Position numbers and translations under genes: made by a program
Notes under the pieces: model-generated
The model's input: the letters and a program-made list of their open reading frames with translations, nothing else
Database searches by the model: none
What the model was told of the DNA's origin: nothing
Assembly (NCBI GenBank): GCA_963794695.1
Contig: CAWCFJ010000012.1
Span: forward strand, 69,713 to 133,712
From: an uncultured Actinomycetes bacterium
GTDB lineage: Bacteria; Actinomycetota; Thermoleophilia; Gaiellales; JALYLC01
Length of the DNA: 64,000 nt
Reading direction: 5' to 3'
Shown here: positions 1-10,690 of the stretch, in pieces
Layout: every line of letters starts with the position of its first letter
How positions within the stretch are numbered: position 1 is the first letter of the stretch

Positions 1-107
1 AAGCGGCCGTCGACGTACAGGTCGGCGCGCAGCAGGTCGGGGTCGTCGAGCGGGCGCGGGAGGCCGGACTCGGCCTCCGGAGTGATCGTGGACGCCGGTG
101 CAGCCAT
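1..107 (-). CDS. 5' end of a gene running off the window start (possible aldehyde dehydrogenase N-terminus)
   Basis: ATG at 107-105, then MAAPASTITPEAESGLPRPLDDPDLLRADLYVDGR, open to position 1. Only 35 codons are visible. The LYVDGR-type motif resembles ALDH N-termini. Divergent from the SDR starting at 176. Confidence 0.3.
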   Translation of the reverse strand, partial: MAAPASTITPEAESGLPRPLDDPDLLRADLYVDGR

Positions 108-175
108 GTGCGAAGGTTCGCAGGTCGCGCGAAGTTTCGCAATCCGCACGAATCGCCGGTGAGCGACCACACCTC

Positions 176-940
176 ATGACCGATCTCAGCGGCAGGACCA
201 TCCTCCTCACCGGCGCCTCGAAGGGCATCGGCGCCGCCGCCGCGCAGGCGATGGGCGCGGCCGGCGCCCATCTGGTCGCCCACTACGGCAGCGACGAGGC
301 CGGCGCCCGCGCCGCCACCGCCGACATCCCGGCCGAGCGGGTGCTGCTGCTGCAGGCCGACCTCGGCGACCCCGGCGCCGCCCGCCGCCTGTGGCGCGAG
401 GCGGTCGCCTGGCGTGGCCGCGTCGACACCCTGGTCTGCAACGCCGCGGTGATGGAGGAGACCCCGCTCGACGGCGACGACGCAGGCTGGGACGCCACCT
501 GGCAGCGCACCTTCGAGGTCAACGTGTTCGGGCCGGCGAGCCTGGTGCGCGACGCCGTCCGCCACCACCGCGAGCACGGCGGCGGAGTGATCGTGACGCT
601 GTCGAGCTGGGCCGCCCAGCAGGGCTCCGGCAACCCGCACCTGCTGGCCTACGCCTCGTCGAAGGCCGCCCTGCACACGTTGACGCGCACGGTCGCGCGC
701 GCCCACGCGCGCGAGGGCGTCCTGGCCTACGTCGTCGCGCCGGGCATCGTGCGCACGGACATGAGCGTGCGTTCGGCCGCCACGACCGGCGGCGAGGAGG
801 CGGTCACCGCGCGGCTCGCGATGGGGGAGTGGGTGCCCCCGGAGGAGGCCGGCGCGCTGATCGCCTGGCTCGCCTCGGGCAGCGTCCGTCACCTGACCGG
901 CGCGACCCTCGACCTGAACGGTGCGAGCTACCCGCGCTGA
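176..940 (+). CDS. SDR-family oxidoreductase (short-chain dehydrogenase/reductase)
   Basis: ORF 98..940. The in-frame ATG at 176 gives MTDLSGRTILLTGASKGIG (TGxxxGIG Rossmann motif), CNAAV and the catalytic YASSK (YxxxK). Paralog of the SDR at 28764..29529 (same ...LTGATLDLNGASY C-terminus). Confidence 0.88.
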   Translation: MTDLSGRTILLTGASKGIGAAAAQAMGAAGAHLVAHYGSDEAGARAATADIPAERVLLLQADLGDPGAARRLWREAVAWRGRVDTLVCNAAVMEETPLDGDDAGWDATWQRTFEVNVFGPASLVRDAVRHHREHGGGVIVTLSSWAAQQGSGNPHLLAYASSKAALHTLTRTVARAHAREGVLAYVVAPGIVRTDMSVRSAATTGGEEAVTARLAMGEWVPPEEAGALIAWLASGSVRHLTGATLDLNGASYPR

Positions 941-1013
941 CGCGCTTTTCACGCCCGTTTTCAGGGAGTACAGTCGCCCGGTCGTGTTGGGGGCGATCGG
1001 AAGGGTGTGTCAC

Positions 1014-1685
1014 GTGAAGCAGTACAGCTACGACAAGAGCAAGCCGCTGATGACGGGCGACGACGTCACCCGCATCCAGAAGGCCTGCGGCTGCGACGTC
1101 GACGGCCAGTTCGGCCCCGACACCCGCGACGCGGTCGTCGCCTACCAGAAGAAGCACGGCCTCAAGGTGAGCGGCATCGTCGGGCCCCACACCTGGACGT
1201 TCATCGTCAAGGACGTGCCGCAGAGCGACGAGGACGACACCCGCGCGACGATCGTCGGCCACGCGCGCTGGGCGGTGACCAACGCGAACCAGATCCACTA
1301 CTCCCAGGGGGCGCAGCGGATGGCGGCGATCCACAAGCCGCGGACGCTGCCGCTGAGCACCGACTGCTCTGCCTCGATCACGCTCTTCTACAGCTGGGGC
1401 GGCGGCCCCGACCCGAACGGGCTCCTGTTCGACGGCGAGGGCTACACCGGCACGATGCTGTCCCACTGCAGGCCGATCACCGCGGCCCAGGCCAAGCCGG
1501 GGGACATCGTGGTGTTCGGCGACGCGCCCGGCCACCACGTGTGCATGGTGCTCGAGCCCGGCGACAACCCGACGCTCGTGTCGCACGGCATGGAGCGCGG
1601 CCCGATCGTCATCGACTTCCACCAGGAGCTCGAGTACCAGGACATGCGCAAGGCCCACTGGCTCCGCGTGCCCGACTGGTCCTGA
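1014..1685 (+). CDS. peptidoglycan-binding domain plus NlpC/P60-like cysteine peptidase (endolysin-like cell-wall hydrolase)
   Basis: ORF 921..1685. In-frame GTG at 1014 is preceded by GGAAGGG. N-terminus is PG_binding_1-like (DGQFGPDTRDAVVAYQKKHGLKVSGIVGPHTW). C-terminus has a papain-like Cys/His pair (STDCSAS ... GHHVCMV). No signal peptide is visible. Confidence 0.7.
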   Translation: MKQYSYDKSKPLMTGDDVTRIQKACGCDVDGQFGPDTRDAVVAYQKKHGLKVSGIVGPHTWTFIVKDVPQSDEDDTRATIVGHARWAVTNANQIHYSQGAQRMAAIHKPRTLPLSTDCSASITLFYSWGGGPDPNGLLFDGEGYTGTMLSHCRPITAAQAKPGDIVVFGDAPGHHVCMVLEPGDNPTLVSHGMERGPIVIDFHQELEYQDMRKAHWLRVPDWS

Positions 1686-1695
1686 TCGACCCCGG

Positions 1696-3961
1696 TCAGC
1701 TGCGCTGCGGCATCGGCGAGAGGCGCGGCGGCCAGATGCTGCGCAGCCCGGCGGCACGGCGCCGCGCCTCCTCCGCCGCCTGGGCCGGCTCGACCAGCGC
1801 CAGCTCGAGCCGGCGGACGGCGTCGAGATGGTCGCCCGTCCAGACGATCCGGATCGCGGTGGCGCCGCCCGGCTCGCCGCCGGCGGCCTCGACCAGCCGG
1901 ACGTCGGACTGCGTGTCGCGCGGCTGCGGCGCCGGGACGGCCCAGTCGCCGGTCAGGCTCTGCGCGAACACCGCGTACCAGTCGGCCCGGGTGGAGGCGA
2001 TGGCCAGGAGCTCGGTCATCGCCGGCTCGTCGGCGGTGCCGGCCTCGGCGTCCTGCCACAGGTCGACGATCGCGTCGGCCGCGAGCCGCAGGTTCACCAC
2101 CCCGCTGACCAGCGTCGTCAGGTCGGACAGGGCCACGAGCTTCGTGCCGCGCTCGGCGAGGTAGGCCCGGTACGCGTCGTCCAGCCGGCGTGACGCCGCC
2201 GCAGCCGCGATCCCCCCAGCGAGCGGGCCGCCGGGGCGCTCGCCGGCTGCGGCCAGCTCGACCGCCGAGACCACGTAGCGGGCGCTCTCGCGGTACGCGC
2301 CGGCCAGCGCCTGGCGCATCGCCGTCGACGCGCCGCGCGGCCAGAACAGCACGCCGACGATCAGGCTGACGCCGCAGCCGAGCAGCACGTCCTCGATCCG
2401 CACGAGCCCCACCGTCCACCCGGTCGGCTGCGACGATGTTGAACAGGATCACCAGGAGCAGGGTGAACGCCGCCTGCCCCGCGGCGAACGAGATCGCGGC
2501 CGGGGCGAACCCGGCGATCAGGATGGCGAACGGCAGGAGCACCCAGAGCACCGTCGTGTTGGTGCCGACCACGACCACCAGCAGCGCGCCGGCGAGGAAG
2601 CCGAACAGCGTGCCGGCCAGTGCCTGGACGACCGTCTGGCCGGTGCTGAGCCAGTTCGAGCGCAGCACCGCGAGCGCGCCGAGGATGACCCAGAACGAGT
2701 GGTCGACCTGGGTCAGGCCGGCGACCGCCACCGCCAGCGCGAGGCCGATCGCGCCGCGCACGCTGTTGTGCAGCCAGACCGAGGAGCGGTCGACGTGGGC
2801 TGCGGCCCGCTCCTGGGCCGCCGACAGGGTGCCGGGGACGCCCTCGGGCTGGCGACCGAGGACGCGCTGCATCCAGCTCCGCCGCTCGGACGCCGCCGCG
2901 TAGGCGGCGTTGGCCGCGACCTGGGTGACGACGAAGCTCAGCTCCTGGGCCCGGAACCCCGGGTCGCGCGCCGAGATCAGGTCGCGCTCGCCGTCGCCCG
3001 GCAGCACCGGGAGCCGCGTGGAGCGCTCGGTGCGCTCGAGCTGCTGGCGCAGTCCGGCCAGCGCCTCGTCGAGCACCGCGGGGTCGGCGCCGGGGCGCTC
3101 GAGCAGGCCGGCGCTGGCCTCGAGCACCGCCGCCGCGCCCTTCTTGACCCGGCAGGCGCCGTGGTTCACGTCGGAGGGCTGCGGGTGCAGCACGGTCTGG
3201 GAGACGATCGCCTGCAGCCACAGCAGCTCGTCGACCAGCCGGACGACGGTGCGGGCGCCGGTGGACAGGCCGGTCGGCCGGTACGGGGTGGCGAAGAACG
3301 TCCGCCGCAGCGCCGCCACGGCGTCGTCGCCGGCGCGGATCGCCGCCTCGTGCTGGTCGGCGAGCGCCTCGTCGCGACCGGCCAGGATCCAGTCACCGTC
3401 GTGCCGCAGCCGCTCGGCGAGGCCGCGGCAGGCGGCGATCGCCGCGCTCCGCAGCGGGTCGCGTGCCGGCGCCGGCCAGAGCACCGAGATCGCGAACAGG
3501 GACGCGGCGGTGGCGATGCCGAAGCCCTCGAGCCTGGTCACGATGTCGGACGCGTCGGCCGGGAGCGAGACCGGCAGGATGAACGTCAGGAGCAGCGCGG
3601 TCGAGGCGCTCGCGAGCACCGAGCTGACCACGCCGGCGAAGAGCACGGCGAAGGCCACGAGCCCCATCGAGACGGCCGCCAGGAGCGTCGAGCGCGAGCA
3701 CAGCGTCCCGAGGCAGACGAAGCACGCCCCGACCGCGGCCAGCGCGAGCTGGGCCTGCAGGCGCTCGCGCATCGGCCCGCCGAACTCGACCAGCAGGATC
3801 ATGGCGAACGAGCCGAACGCCGCGAACGTCGCGATCTGGGGGTCGCCGATGACCTCGGTGCCGAGCGCGAAGACCGGCGGGATGACCACCGCGGCCCTGG
3901 TCGCGCGGCGCAGCGCCGCCAGCGCCGGATCGTGCGTCCGGATCCATTGCAGCACGCGCAT
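1696..3961 (-). CDS. FUSC/ArAE-family (YccS-like) integral membrane protein; 1 frame switch as read
   Basis: ATG at 3961 (MRVLQWIRTHDPALAALRR). Two hydrophobic helix blocks flank a long soluble region. The C-terminal block ...GLVRIEDVLLGCGVSLIVGVLFWP is typical of the family. The frame changes near 2433, from the frame of ORF 1442..5005 to ORF 1696..2412. Confidence 0.7.
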
Positions 3962-3995
3962 GCGGCGCGAGGATCGTAGCCTCGACCAGCTCCGG

Positions 3996-5430
3996 TCAGG
4001 AGCGGCGGCTGCGGACTTCGCGCACCGCGTCAGCGAGCTCGCGGATCCCGGCCGGGATCGCCGGCTCGGCGATCTGGCCGTAGCCCAGCAGCAGGACCGG
4101 CGGCCCCGCCCGGCGGCCGGCCGAAGTCCGGCGAGCGTCTCGAAGCGGATCCGGCGACGCGCGGCCTCCTCGAGGATCGCCGCCTCGTCGTCCTCCGGCG
4201 TGAGCTCGACGACCACGTGCATCCCCGCCGCGATCCCGTGCACCACCGCCTCGGGCAGCTCCTCGGCCAGCGCCGCGACGAGCGCGTCCCGCCGGCCCCG
4301 GTAGAGCTGGCGCATGCGCCGCAGGTGACGGTCGAGCTCGCCGCGGGTGAGGAGCTCGGCGAAGGCCCGCTGGTCGATCGGCGCGGTGCCGCGGTCGGCC
4401 AGGCGCTTCTCGAAGCGCAGCGGCGCGACCAGCTCGGCCGGCACCACGAGCCAGGCCATGCGCAGCGCCGGGGCCAGCGTCTTGCTGGCCGTCCCGGCGT
4501 AGACCACGTGCTCGGGCGCGAGGCCCTGCAGCGCACCGACCGCTGCGCGGTCGTAGCGGTACTCGGCGTCGTAGTCGTCCTCGACGGCCACGGCCCCGGT
4601 CTCGCGCAGCCAGGCCAGCAGCGCCACTCGCCGCTCGCTCGAGAGCACCGCCCCGGTCGGGCTCTGGTGGGCGGGGGTGACGACGGCCGCGTCGACGCCG
4701 GCGCGCACCAGCTCGTCGACGATCAGGCCGTCGCCGTCGACGGGCACCGGCACGGGCTCGAGCCCCGCCCGGGCCACGATGACGTGGTACTCGGGATCGC
4801 ACGGGTCCTCGAGGGCCAGCCGCCGCGCGCCGCGCTCGGCGAGCACCCGGCAGAGCAGGCTGAGGCCCTGGGAGTAGCCGCTCGTGACGACCACCCGCTC
4901 GCCGCTGCCGACCACCCCGCGGACGCGGCCGAGGTAGTCGGCCAGCGCGTCGCGCAGCGCCGGCACGCCGCACGGGTCGCCGTAGCCGAGGTCGGCATCG
5001 GTCATCGCCTGCGAGGGCCTGCTTGACCGAGCGGAGCCAGGCGCCGCGCGGGAACGGGCCGACGTCGGGCGCGCTCGGCTGGAAGTCGTAGCGGGCGCGC
5101 GGCTCCGCCCGCGCGGCCTCTGCCGGCGCCGGCGCGGCCGCCTCGAAGGCGGCGTTGACCTCGGGCCGAGCGCCCTGGCGGAGGGTGAGGTAGCCCTCGG
5201 CCGAGAGCTGGGCGTAGGCGTCGACCACGATCCGGCGCGACACGTCGAGCTGGCGGGCGAGGTCGCGGGTCGACGGCACCTGCGCGCCCGGGCGCAGCTG
5301 GCCCGAGCGGATCGCGTCGCGCAGCGTGGTCTCGATCTGGGAGCCCAGGCGCTGGCCGCTGCCGCGCTCGCACCGAGAGGAGCACCTCGACCGTCGCGCC
5401 CTCTTCACTGGTCTCGTTTTTCGACGCCAA
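3996..5430 (-). CDS. MocR/GabR-type GntR-family regulator with PLP aminotransferase-like domain; 3 frame switches as read
   Basis: GntR wHTH (LGSQIETTLRDAIRSGQLRPGAQVPSTRDLARQLDVSRRIVVDAYAQLSAEGYL) plus a class-I aminotransferase-like domain (TPAHQSPTG, YAGTASKTLAPALRMAW). The pieces lie in three frames, with switches near 5375, 5008 and 4105. TTG start at 5430, stop at 3996. Confidence 0.75.
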
Positions 5431-5474
5431 AGTGGATCTGGATAGTGAACCAGTCCGATCCTAGCATCGCAGTC

Positions 5475-6675
5475 ATGACCTCCGCCAGCCCGCTCTCCGG
5501 CGCCACCCGCCTGTTCGTCACCTCCACCGCCGCCCGCCTGCCGCTCGCCTGCCTCGGCATCGGCCTGCTGGCCCACGCGGCCTCGCTGACCGGCTCCTTC
5601 GCCGCGGCCGGCCTGGTCGCCGCGGCCTACGCCATCGCCACCGGCGTCGGCGGCCCGCTCGCCGGCCGGCTCGTCGACCGCCGCGGCCAGACCCTGGTGC
5701 TGTGCGCCTCGGCGGCCGCCTGCGCCGTCCTGCTCGGCGCGGCGGCCGCTGCTGCCGGCCGGCACCCCGCTCGCCGCGCTGCTGGCGCTGGCCGCAGGGA
5801 TCGGCCTGGCGACGCCGCCGGTCGGCTCGTGCGTCCGGGCCGCGCTGCCGACCGTCATCGACGATCCGGCCGCCGTCCGCTCCGCCTTCGCCGTCGAGGC
5901 CGCAGTGGCCGAGGTCACCTGGGTCGCCGGGCCGCCGTTCACCCTCGGTCTCGGCGCCCTGTTCGGGACCGGCGTCGCGCTGGCCGTCTCGGCCGTCGTG
6001 ATCCTGGCCGCCACGCTGGCCTTCGCCGCCCTGCCGGCCTCGCGTGCCTGGCGGCCGGTGGCCCGGCGCGCGCCGGGCGGGGCGATGGCCTCGGCCGGGA
6101 TGCGCACCCTGGTCGCCGTCCTGCTGTTCGTCGGCGTGCTGTTCGGCGCCCTCGAGGTCGCCGCCACCGCCTTCGCCGGCTCGGCCGACTCGGCCACCTC
6201 GGCCGCCCCGTTCCTGGCGCTCTGGGGCCTGGGCTCGCTCGCCGGCGGGATCGTCCTGGCCCGCCGCGGCGGCGGAGCCGCCTCGGCCTCGACGCTGGTC
6301 GTCCTGCTCGGGATCCTGAGCCTGGGCCACCTGCTGCTGGTGCCGGTCGCCGGCAGCGCCGTCCCGTTCGCCGGGATGCTGCTGGTCGCCGGCGCGGCGA
6401 TCGCCCCCACCCTCGCCGTGACCTTCGGCCTGGTCGACGAGCTGGCCCCGTCCGGCACCGTCACCGAGGCGTTCGCCTGGCTGGCCACCGCCGAGGCCGT
6501 CGGCTCGGCGCTGGGCTCCGCCCTGGCCGGCTCGATCGTCACCGGCGCCGGCCCGGTCCCGGCCCTGGTCTTCGCCGCCGCCGCCGGCGCGGCCGCCATG
6601 CTCACCGCCCTGCTGCGCCAGCGGACGCTGACCGGGGCGCCCGCTCGCGTCGCGGTCAGCGCTGCGGCGGCGTGA
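5475..6675 (+). CDS. MFS transporter; 1 frame switch as read
   Basis: Multi-helix hydrophobic profile with an MFS loop motif GVGGPLAGRLVDRRGQ. The N-terminus lies in ORF 5445..6755 and the remainder in ORF 5905..6675, with a switch near 5750. ATG at 5475 (GTG at 5445 is an alternative). Divergent from the MocR gene. Confidence 0.7.
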
Positions 6676-6681
6676 AGGGCG

Positions 6682-7083
6682 CTAGTCGCTCCACCAGTCG
6701 CGCGTGCCCTCGACGTCGTCGCGCGTCCCCTCGCCGAGGTTCGGCGCGCCGATGACCAGCAGCTCGAGCCCCTCCGGCCCGGCCTCGTAGCCGCGCCACG
6801 CGCCGGGTGGGACTCGCACGGCGTCCCACTGCCGCAGCTCGACGATCTCGTCGTCGACCTTCATCCGCCCGCCCCCGCCGACGACCACGTAGACCTCTTC
6901 CTGCGTCTGGTGCGTGTGGCCGTACGGAAAGCGGTAGCCGGGCGGGACGCGCTGGTAGGTCAGGCCGGAGCGCTCGAGCTCGAGCGGCTTCGTCGCCGCC
7001 CGGAACTCCAGATCCGGGTCTCCGTCGAACACCGACCCGATGTCCTCCAGGTCCGCCCTGAGGTTCCTGTGGGTGAACGGCAC
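6682..7083 (-). CDS. cupin domain protein
   Basis: The C-terminal part of ORF 6682..7257 is protein-like (GYRFPYGHTHQTQEEVYVVVGGGGRMKVDDEIVELRQWDAVRVPPG, cupin motifs 1 and 2). In-frame GTG at 7083 lies just downstream of the racemase stop at 7094. Last gene of the operon. Confidence 0.7.
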   Translation of the reverse strand: MPFTHRNLRADLEDIGSVFDGDPDLEFRAATKPLELERSGLTYQRVPPGYRFPYGHTHQTQEEVYVVVGGGGRMKVDDEIVELRQWDAVRVPPGAWRGYEAGPEGLELLVIGAPNLGEGTRDDVEGTRDWWSD

Positions 7084-7093
7084 GGCCCGGATC

Positions 7094-7840
7094 CTAGTCG
7101 GCGGCCACCGCCTGGGGGGCGCCCTGCCGGGCCCGCGCGGCGGCGACCGCGAGCAGCACCGCCGACTGGCCCGGGTCGATGACCGGCACCCCGACGGCGT
7201 CGCGGAAGGGCTGCAGCTGCGGCCCCGTCCAGAACGTGCAGCCGGCGTAGACCGCACCGGCGCCGCGCTCGACCGCGCCGCGGGCCAGGTCGAGCGCTTC
7301 CTCGGCCAGCACCGCCAGGTGGCGCGCCAGCACCAGGTGGCAGGCGGCGTCCGGGTCGTCGCGCATCAGCCGCTCGAGCAGGGCCGGGTCGGGGTAGGTC
7401 ATCGGCACGGTGACGATCTCGGAGATCACGTGCTCGAGCCCGTAGTAGCGGGCCAGGTCCTGGTACAGCACGTGGGCCTCGAAGCCGTCCGCCACCAGGA
7501 TCGCCATCCGCTGGTGGAGCACGGCCCCGAGGTGCAGCGCGGCCTGCAGGGGTGCGGTCACCGGCATCCGCAGGAAGCGCTTCGCGTCGATCAGGCCGGG
7601 GTCGCCGCTGCAGCCGATGACCGCCGCGTCGTAGCCGTCGTCCTGGGCCCGCGCGAGCCGCTCGTGCAGCGCGCCGTGGAAGAACGGCTGCTGCGGCAGG
7701 AACGGGCTCCTGGCGTCGCCCTCGAGGTCGAGGTGGCAGGTCTCGATCGCGACGTCCGGGCCGGCGCAGCCGGCGAGCTGCTCCTCGAACCAGGCGTCGA
7801 GCGTGCCCGTGCCGACCGGGTTCACGTACAGCACCTTCAT
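7094..7840 (-). CDS. Asp/Glu/hydantoin racemase family protein (hydantoin-racemase-like)
   Basis: Intact 248-aa ORF beginning [10 protein letters not shown]. Two Cys motifs (IGCSGDPGL and YAGCTFW) sit at the spacing expected for this two-thiol racemase family. ATGA overlap with the upstream ATPase gene. Confidence 0.85.
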   Translation of the reverse strand: MKVLYVNPVGTGTLDAWFEEQLAGCAGPDVAIETCHLDLEGDARSPFLPQQPFFHGALHERLARAQDDGYDAAVIGCSGDPGLIDAKRFLRMPVTAPLQAALHLGAVLHQRMAILVADGFEAHVLYQDLARYYGLEHVISEIVTVPMTYPDPALLERLMRDDPDAACHLVLARHLAVLAEEALDLARGAVERGAGAVYAGCTFWTGPQLQPFRDAVGVPVIDPGQSAVLLAVAAARARQGAPQAVAAD

Positions 7841-8838
7841 CCGTCCACTCCTTCCTCGGTCGTCCGGACGTCGTCGGGCAGGTCGCCCGCGGCCGCGCGC
7901 CAGCAGCGCACCGCACGGCCAGGCTCAACCTCGACGAGAGGCTGAGGTTCGCGGCAGCCGTCGACCGCCATCGGGCAGCGGCCGACCAGGCGGCAGCCCA
8001 CGTAGCCCGGCTCGGGCGTGCGCAGCGTGCCGCGGATCCGCAGCGTCCGGTCCCGCTCCTCGGTGCGGGCGGCGAGGTCGTGGGCGTACAGGAGCCCGCG
8101 GGTGTACGGGTGCAGCGGCCGGCCGAAGACCCGCTTCGTCGGCCCGCTCTCGACGACCTGTCCGAGGTACATGAGGATCACGTCATGGGCTACGAGCTGC
8201 ACCGCGCGCAGGTCGTGGGTGGCGATCAGGTAGCTCAGCTCGTGCCGGCCCTGCAGGTCTGCGAGCAGGCGCAGCACCTGCCCCTGGATCGACATGTCGA
8301 GGGCCGAGGTCGGCTCGTCCATCACCACCAGCTCCGGCCTGGTCGAGAGCGCCCGGGCGATCGCCGCGCGCTGCAGCTCCCCGCCCGAGACGGCGCGCGG
8401 CTTGAGGCCGGCGAAGCGTGGGCTGAGCCCGACCTCGTTCAGGAGCTCGCCGACGTCGGGACCGTCCGAGCGGCGCAGCCGCATCGTCTCGGCGATCGAC
8501 GAGCCGATCGAGTGCACGGGGTCGAACGAGCCGAGCGGGTTCTGGAAGACCATCTGCACGTGCCGGCGGTGCCGCCGGAACGCGGCGTCGCTGAGGCCCT
8601 GCACCTCCTCGCCGAGCAGGAAGATCTGGCCCGCGTCGGCCGAGTACAGGTGCAGGATCGTGCGCGCCAGGGTCGACTTGCCGCAGCCGCTCTCGCCGAG
8701 CAGCGCCGTCGTCCGCCCGCGCTGCAGGCGGAACGAGACGCCGTCGACCGCCGGGATCGTCCGCCGGTTGCCGAGGCCCCCGGCGTGGAACGTCTTGCGC
8801 AGCTCGCGCACCTCGAGGACCGGCGTCGTCTCGCTCAT
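7837..8838 (-). CDS. peptide/nickel-type ABC transporter ATP-binding protein (OppF/DppF-like)
   Basis: ATG at 8838 within the fused ORF 7837..9825. Walker [10 protein letters not shown], signature [15 protein letters not shown], Walker [12 protein letters not shown], and a C-terminal oligopeptide-ABC extension (HPYTRGLL ... GC ... C). Intact, 333 aa. Confidence 0.9.
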   Translation of the reverse strand: MSETTPVLEVRELRKTFHAGGLGNRRTIPAVDGVSFRLQRGRTTALLGESGCGKSTLARTILHLYSADAGQIFLLGEEVQGLSDAAFRRHRRHVQMVFQNPLGSFDPVHSIGSSIAETMRLRRSDGPDVGELLNEVGLSPRFAGLKPRAVSGGELQRAAIARALSTRPELVVMDEPTSALDMSIQGQVLRLLADLQGRHELSYLIATHDLRAVQLVAHDVILMYLGQVVESGPTKRVFGRPLHPYTRGLLYAHDLAARTEERDRTLRIRGTLRTPEPGYVGCRLVGRCPMAVDGCREPQPLVEVEPGRAVRCWRAAAGDLPDDVRTTEEGVDG

Positions 8839-9825
8839 ACGTTGTGGCAGGCGACGAAGTGGCGGGGCTGGAGCTCGCGCAGCAGCGGGCGCTCGGCGTG
8901 GCAGCGGTCGGACACCAGCGGGCAGCGCTCGGCGAACGGGCACTGCTCGCCGATCGAGCCGGGCTCGGGGATCCGGCCCGGGATGAAGGCGATCTCGCCT
9001 GGCGGCGGCCGCAGGCAGCGCACCAGGCCCTGGGTGTACGGCCCGAGCGGCTTGTTCAGCACGTCGTCGGCGTGCCCGACCTCGAGGATCTCGCCGGCGT
9101 AGGCCACGGCCACGATCTCGCACATCGCGCCGATCACCGCGAGGTCGTGCGAGATCAGGAGCAGCGCCGCGCCGGAGTCCCGCACCGACTGGTCGATGAC
9201 CTCGAGCACCTGGGCCTGGATCGTGGCGTCGAGGCCGGTGGTCGGCTCGTCGCAGATCAGCAGGGACGGGTCGCAGATCAGGGCCATCGCGATCGCCACC
9301 CGCTGGGCCATGCCGCCCGAGAACTGGTGCGGGTAGGCCCGGGCGCGCTGCTCGGCGTCGGGGATCCCGAGCCGGTCGAGCAGGTCGACGGTGCGCCTGC
9401 CAGGCCTCGGCCCGCGAGACGCCGGTGTGCGCGCGGCAGACGCGGGCGATCTGCGAGCCCACGGTCTGCAGCGGGTTCAGCGAGGCGACGGCGTTCTGGT
9501 AGACGATCGCGATCTCGCCGCCGCGCACCGAGCGCAGCTCGCGCTCCGACATCGTCCGCAGGTCGCGGCCGCGCAGCCGGATCGACCCGCTCCGGGCCTC
9601 GACGCCCGGCGGCAGCAGGCCGAGGATCGCGCTCGCGGTCATGCTCTTGCCCGAGCCGCTCTCGCCGACGATCCCGACCCGGGCGCCCGGCGGCACGACG
9701 AGCTCGACGCCCCGCAGCAGCGGCACCTCGCCGGCGGCGACGACCAGCCCGGCGATCTCGAGCAGCGGCTCGTCGGCCAGGCCGGCCAGGCGGCTGCGCG
9801 TCGGCGTGACCGCCTCAGTCGCCAT
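8835..9825 (-). CDS. peptide/nickel-type ABC transporter ATP-binding protein (OppD/DppD-like); 1 frame switch as read
   Basis: N-terminus with [10 protein letters not shown] lies in ORF 7837..9825. C-terminus ([25 protein letters not shown]) lies in ORF 8835..9311. Removing one base near 9398-9402 restores ...[39 protein letters not shown] overlap with the next gene. Confidence 0.8.
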
Positions 9826-10690
9826 AGCGCCTGCTCAGCTGGCGGCCGATGCCGCCGAACGCCATGACCGCCAGCAGCACGGCGATGCCGGGGAACACCG
9901 ACACCCACCACTGGCCGTACAGCACGTCGTTGGCTCCGGCCTGGATCATCGACCCCCACTCCGGCTCGGGGATCTTCACGCCGAGGCCCAGGAAGCTCAG
10001 GCCGGCGACGATCTGGATCGCGTAGGCGCAGGAGATCGAGAGCTGCGAGGCGACCGGCCCGAGCGAGTTCGGCAGGACGTGCCGGAACACGATCTGCATC
10101 GGCCGAAGGCCGGCGCAGCGGGCGGCGGCGACGTAGTCGCTCGAGCGGATCGGCAGCACCACCGAGCGCGTGAGCTTCAGGAACACCGGCGCGGTGACGA
10201 CGGCGATGACCCCGACCAGCACCTTCTTGGAGTTGCCGAGCGCGGCGAAGATCATCAGCGCGAACAGGAACAGCGGCACCGACTGCACCATCTCGGCGAG
10301 CCGCGACAGGGCCCCACCGGCGATCCCGCCGAGGTAGCCGCTGGCCGCGCCGAGCGGCACCCCGATCAGGGTCGCCAGGGCCACGCCGACGATCGACACC
10401 GAGAAGTCGGTGCGGGTCGCGTAGAGCACCCGGGAGTAGACGTCGAAGCCGTTCTCGTCGGTTCCCATCCAGTGATCCCAGGACGGCGCCAGCAGCCGCT
10501 GGCTCAGGTCGGCCTTGACCGGGTCGTAGGGCGCGATCAGCGGCGCGAAGATGGCCACGAAGACGAACAGCCCGAAGACCACCCAGTAGACGTTGGCGAA
10601 CGGCCGCAGGCGCCGGACCGGCCCGATCGCCAGGCGCGACTCGCGGCTGACGGCCTCGACGCCGGCGGGGCTGACAGCGGGGTCGCTCAC
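9815..10690 (-). CDS. ABC transporter permease (DppC/OppC-like)
   Basis: Intact ORF 9815..10690 (291 aa). Contains HWMGTDENGFDVYSRVLYATR and an EAA-type loop (DYVAAARCAGLRPMQIVFRHVLPN). GTGA overlap with the upstream permease stop. Confidence 0.88.
   Translation of the reverse strand: MSDPAVSPAGVEAVSRESRLAIGPVRRLRPFANVYWVVFGLFVFVAIFAPLIAPYDPVKADLSQRLLAPSWDHWMGTDENGFDVYSRVLYATRTDFSVSIVGVALATLIGVPLGAASGYLGGIAGGALSRLAEMVQSVPLFLFALMIFAALGNSKKVLVGVIAVVTAPVFLKLTRSVVLPIRSSDYVAAARCAGLRPMQIVFRHVLPNSLGPVASQLSISCAYAIQIVAGLSFLGLGVKIPEPEWGSMIQAGANDVLYGQWWVSVFPGIAVLLAVMAFGGIGRQLSRRYGD

Noticed and set aside
804-1757. 317-aa minus-strand ORF overlapping the SDR 3' end and the PG-binding hydrolase gene
   Set aside because: It is antisense to two genes that have clear motifs. 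Its translation is Arg/Ala/Gly/Val-rich with no hydrophobic core pattern.
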